In this document: positions 61,315 to 64,000 of the stretch, piece by piece
How positions within the stretch are numbered: the stretch's first letter is position 1
How the letters are laid out: the number at the start of each line of letters is the position of its first letter
NCBI GenBank assembly: GCA_964187785.1
Contig: OZ076421.1
Location: 10,540,001-10,604,000 of the forward strand
Reading direction: 5' to 3'
DNA from: Amphiscolops sp. MND2022
Lineage: Eukaryota
Length of the DNA: 64,000 nt
Translations under genes and position numbers: made by a program
Notes under the pieces: model-generated
Told to the model about the DNA's origin: nothing
Database searches by the model: none
The model's input: only the letters and a program-made list of their open reading frames with translations

Positions 61315-64000
61315 TGTAAGGACTTAGGTCCTCCGTGTCTCTTAGTTCAAAGGCTGATCTAGAGTCCTTCTTTGTAAGTTTTGTTTTTAATCCGTTTGTT
61401 TCCTCACGTTTATTTTGCTTTTGTTATTGGACGAATCGGACTCAGTGTCCTTCTGTCGTGAAGACAGCGTACCCAAAACACTTTGTATCTCGGGGATCAC
61501 TCTATCATTGACCGCAGAATGGATCGCTCTAATTATCTGCACTTGCAAGATGTTCATGAGTGAATCTTTCAATTCCCCTGATAACATTTCCATAGACTCT
61601 AGGGGTTTATCTGGCCTAGCAGTCTCAATTCTACTGCCTATGCTTTTGCGCAATTTGCAGCGAAAGTATTTTACAAGTAGGAATGGCCTCGGTGTCATCT
61701 TAGCCGAGAGATAGATTTGGTACGATCTCCATATCTCTAGAATGTCTAGTTCAGTCGTTTTTCTCTTTGTTGAAAGCATAAGAAAGTATTCGCAGGGAAG
61801 AATTTAATTAATTTTTTTATGACAAATTAAAGTGAGTTTTACAATCGTTTTGAATATTGGAGTTATAAATCAAATTGTGTTCCGTGGATTACATGTCCCA
61901 GGTATAATTACTCAAGTTACCATGACACCCATAATTTAGAACATCATCAATCTATGATTAGATCACAAATATCTAAAAATAGCGCCGTGACGACAACCGT
62001 GTTCTAAAAATAGGTATCAAAGGATATCGGTATTTGTTTACTAAATCGACTTGGGTTACAAGTACAAGGTAATATCCAACCTACATGTAATTCAACGTTT
62101 TACATGTTTACATGCACATGTTTTACTACATACAACATGACGTCCCAAATGTCTAATTGTATTCCGGGTAAGGAAAAATGAGGGGGAACATATTTTAACT
62201 AAAGTTGAAATAGTTGTTCCGAATATTAACTTCATTGACTAATAGTGCGGCTTGACATTATTCTTTGCACCAATAAATCATTTAACATCACTATTTTAAA
62301 TTGAAGGAAAGAAGTCCGTAGCCGGCCAACCGTCTTAGCTGTCCGTCTCCTCGTAGCACTTGGCCGTACTTGGCCTTTAATTTAATTGAGCATGTACGTG
62401 TATTCAATCACAGCACTAATACTATAAGATAAGAGCGCCTCTTAATGGTCAATTAAAATGTGGACCTGTTGTCCACAACGCCAAGCTAGAAAGCATTGGA
62501 ACATTAAAACTACAGCGCTGGAAAAAGTAGCATCAGAATTTTGTAATAACAAGGCCTAGTCGGCTAAGTGCCGTCTACTGCCAGGCTGTCTACGGTGCAT
62601 GGCCGTACTCGGCCATTCAATTACAGCTACAGCAAATGAACGATAGAGTCAAACACTGTATTGTTAAATACTTCACTCTAACATTAAGGCCTAATCCCGC
62701 CAATTGCCTTTCATTGCCGTTCTTCGTTAGGCATATGGCCGACACAGCCTTTTTATTATAGCAAATGAGTACTGCATAATAAATGAATAAAATATTGCAA
62801 GTATGTAACGCGTTTTCTGATTGGTTGGAAAGCCTAACGCGGCTACATCGACTAAATTGGAAAGGCAGGCTATCAAACATGAAATGAAACAAGATCACAG
62901 GTGGCAGCCTGGGTCACAAACCCAGGCAGTGATAACAATGATCATGTAAATGTTCATTTACAGAGCGAGGTTCACTATTCAATCAACTACATGTATTTAG
63001 GTCATCAATCTATTACATGTATTTTTTATATCAACAATACATGTATTTAACAGGTATATGTAATTTGCCATGTTGGTCCAATGGGACTATGGGTCCATTT
63101 CATGTATTTAACGAATGCATATTGCTTTTAGTTTTGACACGCAGGTCAAGACGTACTATACCACAATCACCGTACAAATAACTACGTGGTATAGATAGCA
63201 AAGCTTGAGCCAAAGAGGCACATTTGTTTCATTTTCAGGTGTAGTTCTTGTTTCAACAATACCAAATAGCGCCACCATTTAAGAAAAGATAAAGGCCGTA
63301 ACTGGCCCACTGCCGCCATGTGACTAACCGTCATGACGGATGTTCATTTCCGGCTCATTAAATTACATGAAATTAGCGCGCAATCATACAAGTAAACAGT
63401 ACAGAGCATAAAGCAGTCCTCGTCATTCTATCATTAGGTTTATCAGACGTATTACATAATGTTAGCACTCAAAAATACAAGTAAACAGCACCAGCAGTTG
63501 AATTGCGATTAAGACCGTAGCTGGCCTCCTGCCGTAACCGGCCTTCGTTTTCAGAGCATCAAATTAGCACATCAACACAATATAGCACAAAGCACGAAGA
63601 AAATAACCGTATGTATACAGCTTTCCGCCAATACGTTAATTATCTTGAAAGGCAAAAAGCCGTATTCGGTCAGATTTTTTGTTTCGCATCAACAACAATA
63701 ATCAAATGAACGAACAGCTCTAAATATAAGTTTTGTATGAATTAGGCCTTGGTCGGCCAAGCGTCGGATTCTCATCAGCAAATGGGGGTGTTCCATCGTT
63801 TCGTCTTCAATTGCGGCAATTGCTATGATAATCCAATAATGAATCAACGGTAAATAATGCAAAATATTATGAAATGAATTAGGCTAACACGAAATATATT
63901 GAAAATTTATAATTTCCCAATAGCAATAACAGAAGCTTTTTCTGGAGATTCCATCTACTCACACGTTCTGATAAAATCCATAAATTGACACGTATTTGTT
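61315..64000 (-). mobile_element. Mirror copy of the probable second-family LTR, cut by the window end
   Basis: Reverse complement of 3953-6639; ORF 61387-61779. Confidence 0.45.

Larger units (their letters stand above)
3953..64000. repeat. Giant inverted duplication: 3953-42097 versus 42384-64000, continuing past the window
   Basis: Position 64000 corresponds to 3953 in reverse complement, and every feature and ORF is mirrored. The Gypsy element is present only in the left arm. Confidence 0.97.

Overview
Eukaryotic (probably invertebrate animal) repeat-rich DNA, almost all transposon-derived. The window is a giant inverted duplication: 3953-42097 mirrors 42384-64000 around a 200-N gap. The arms differ by about 1-2% plus several structural variants, so they are most likely two haplotypes scaffolded head-to-head. 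The main finding is a 16.5-kb Ty3/Gypsy LTR retrotransposon (20790-37299; 2.35-kb LTRs, GCGAT target-site duplication, empty site in the other arm) with two accessory genes besides gag and pol. One is an antisense 8-exon gene (33532-29563) that splices in frame into a ~1037-aa protein with a zinc finger and a hAT-transposase-like body whose catalytic residues appear lost. The other is a sense, intronless 287-aa ORF that overlaps the PPT and U3, like HIV nef, and has SIM-like and NLS-like motifs. Gag starts 379 nt inside the LTR. Also present: a decayed CRE-like RLE retrotransposon with an N-terminal PHD finger and an upstream SGNH-esterase ORF, a decayed CR1/L2-group LINE, several RT relics, a tRNA-derived SINE, MITE-like elements, a remnant of a second Gypsy family and a frameshifted class A GPCR gene. 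All assignments were made by eye; no searches were run.
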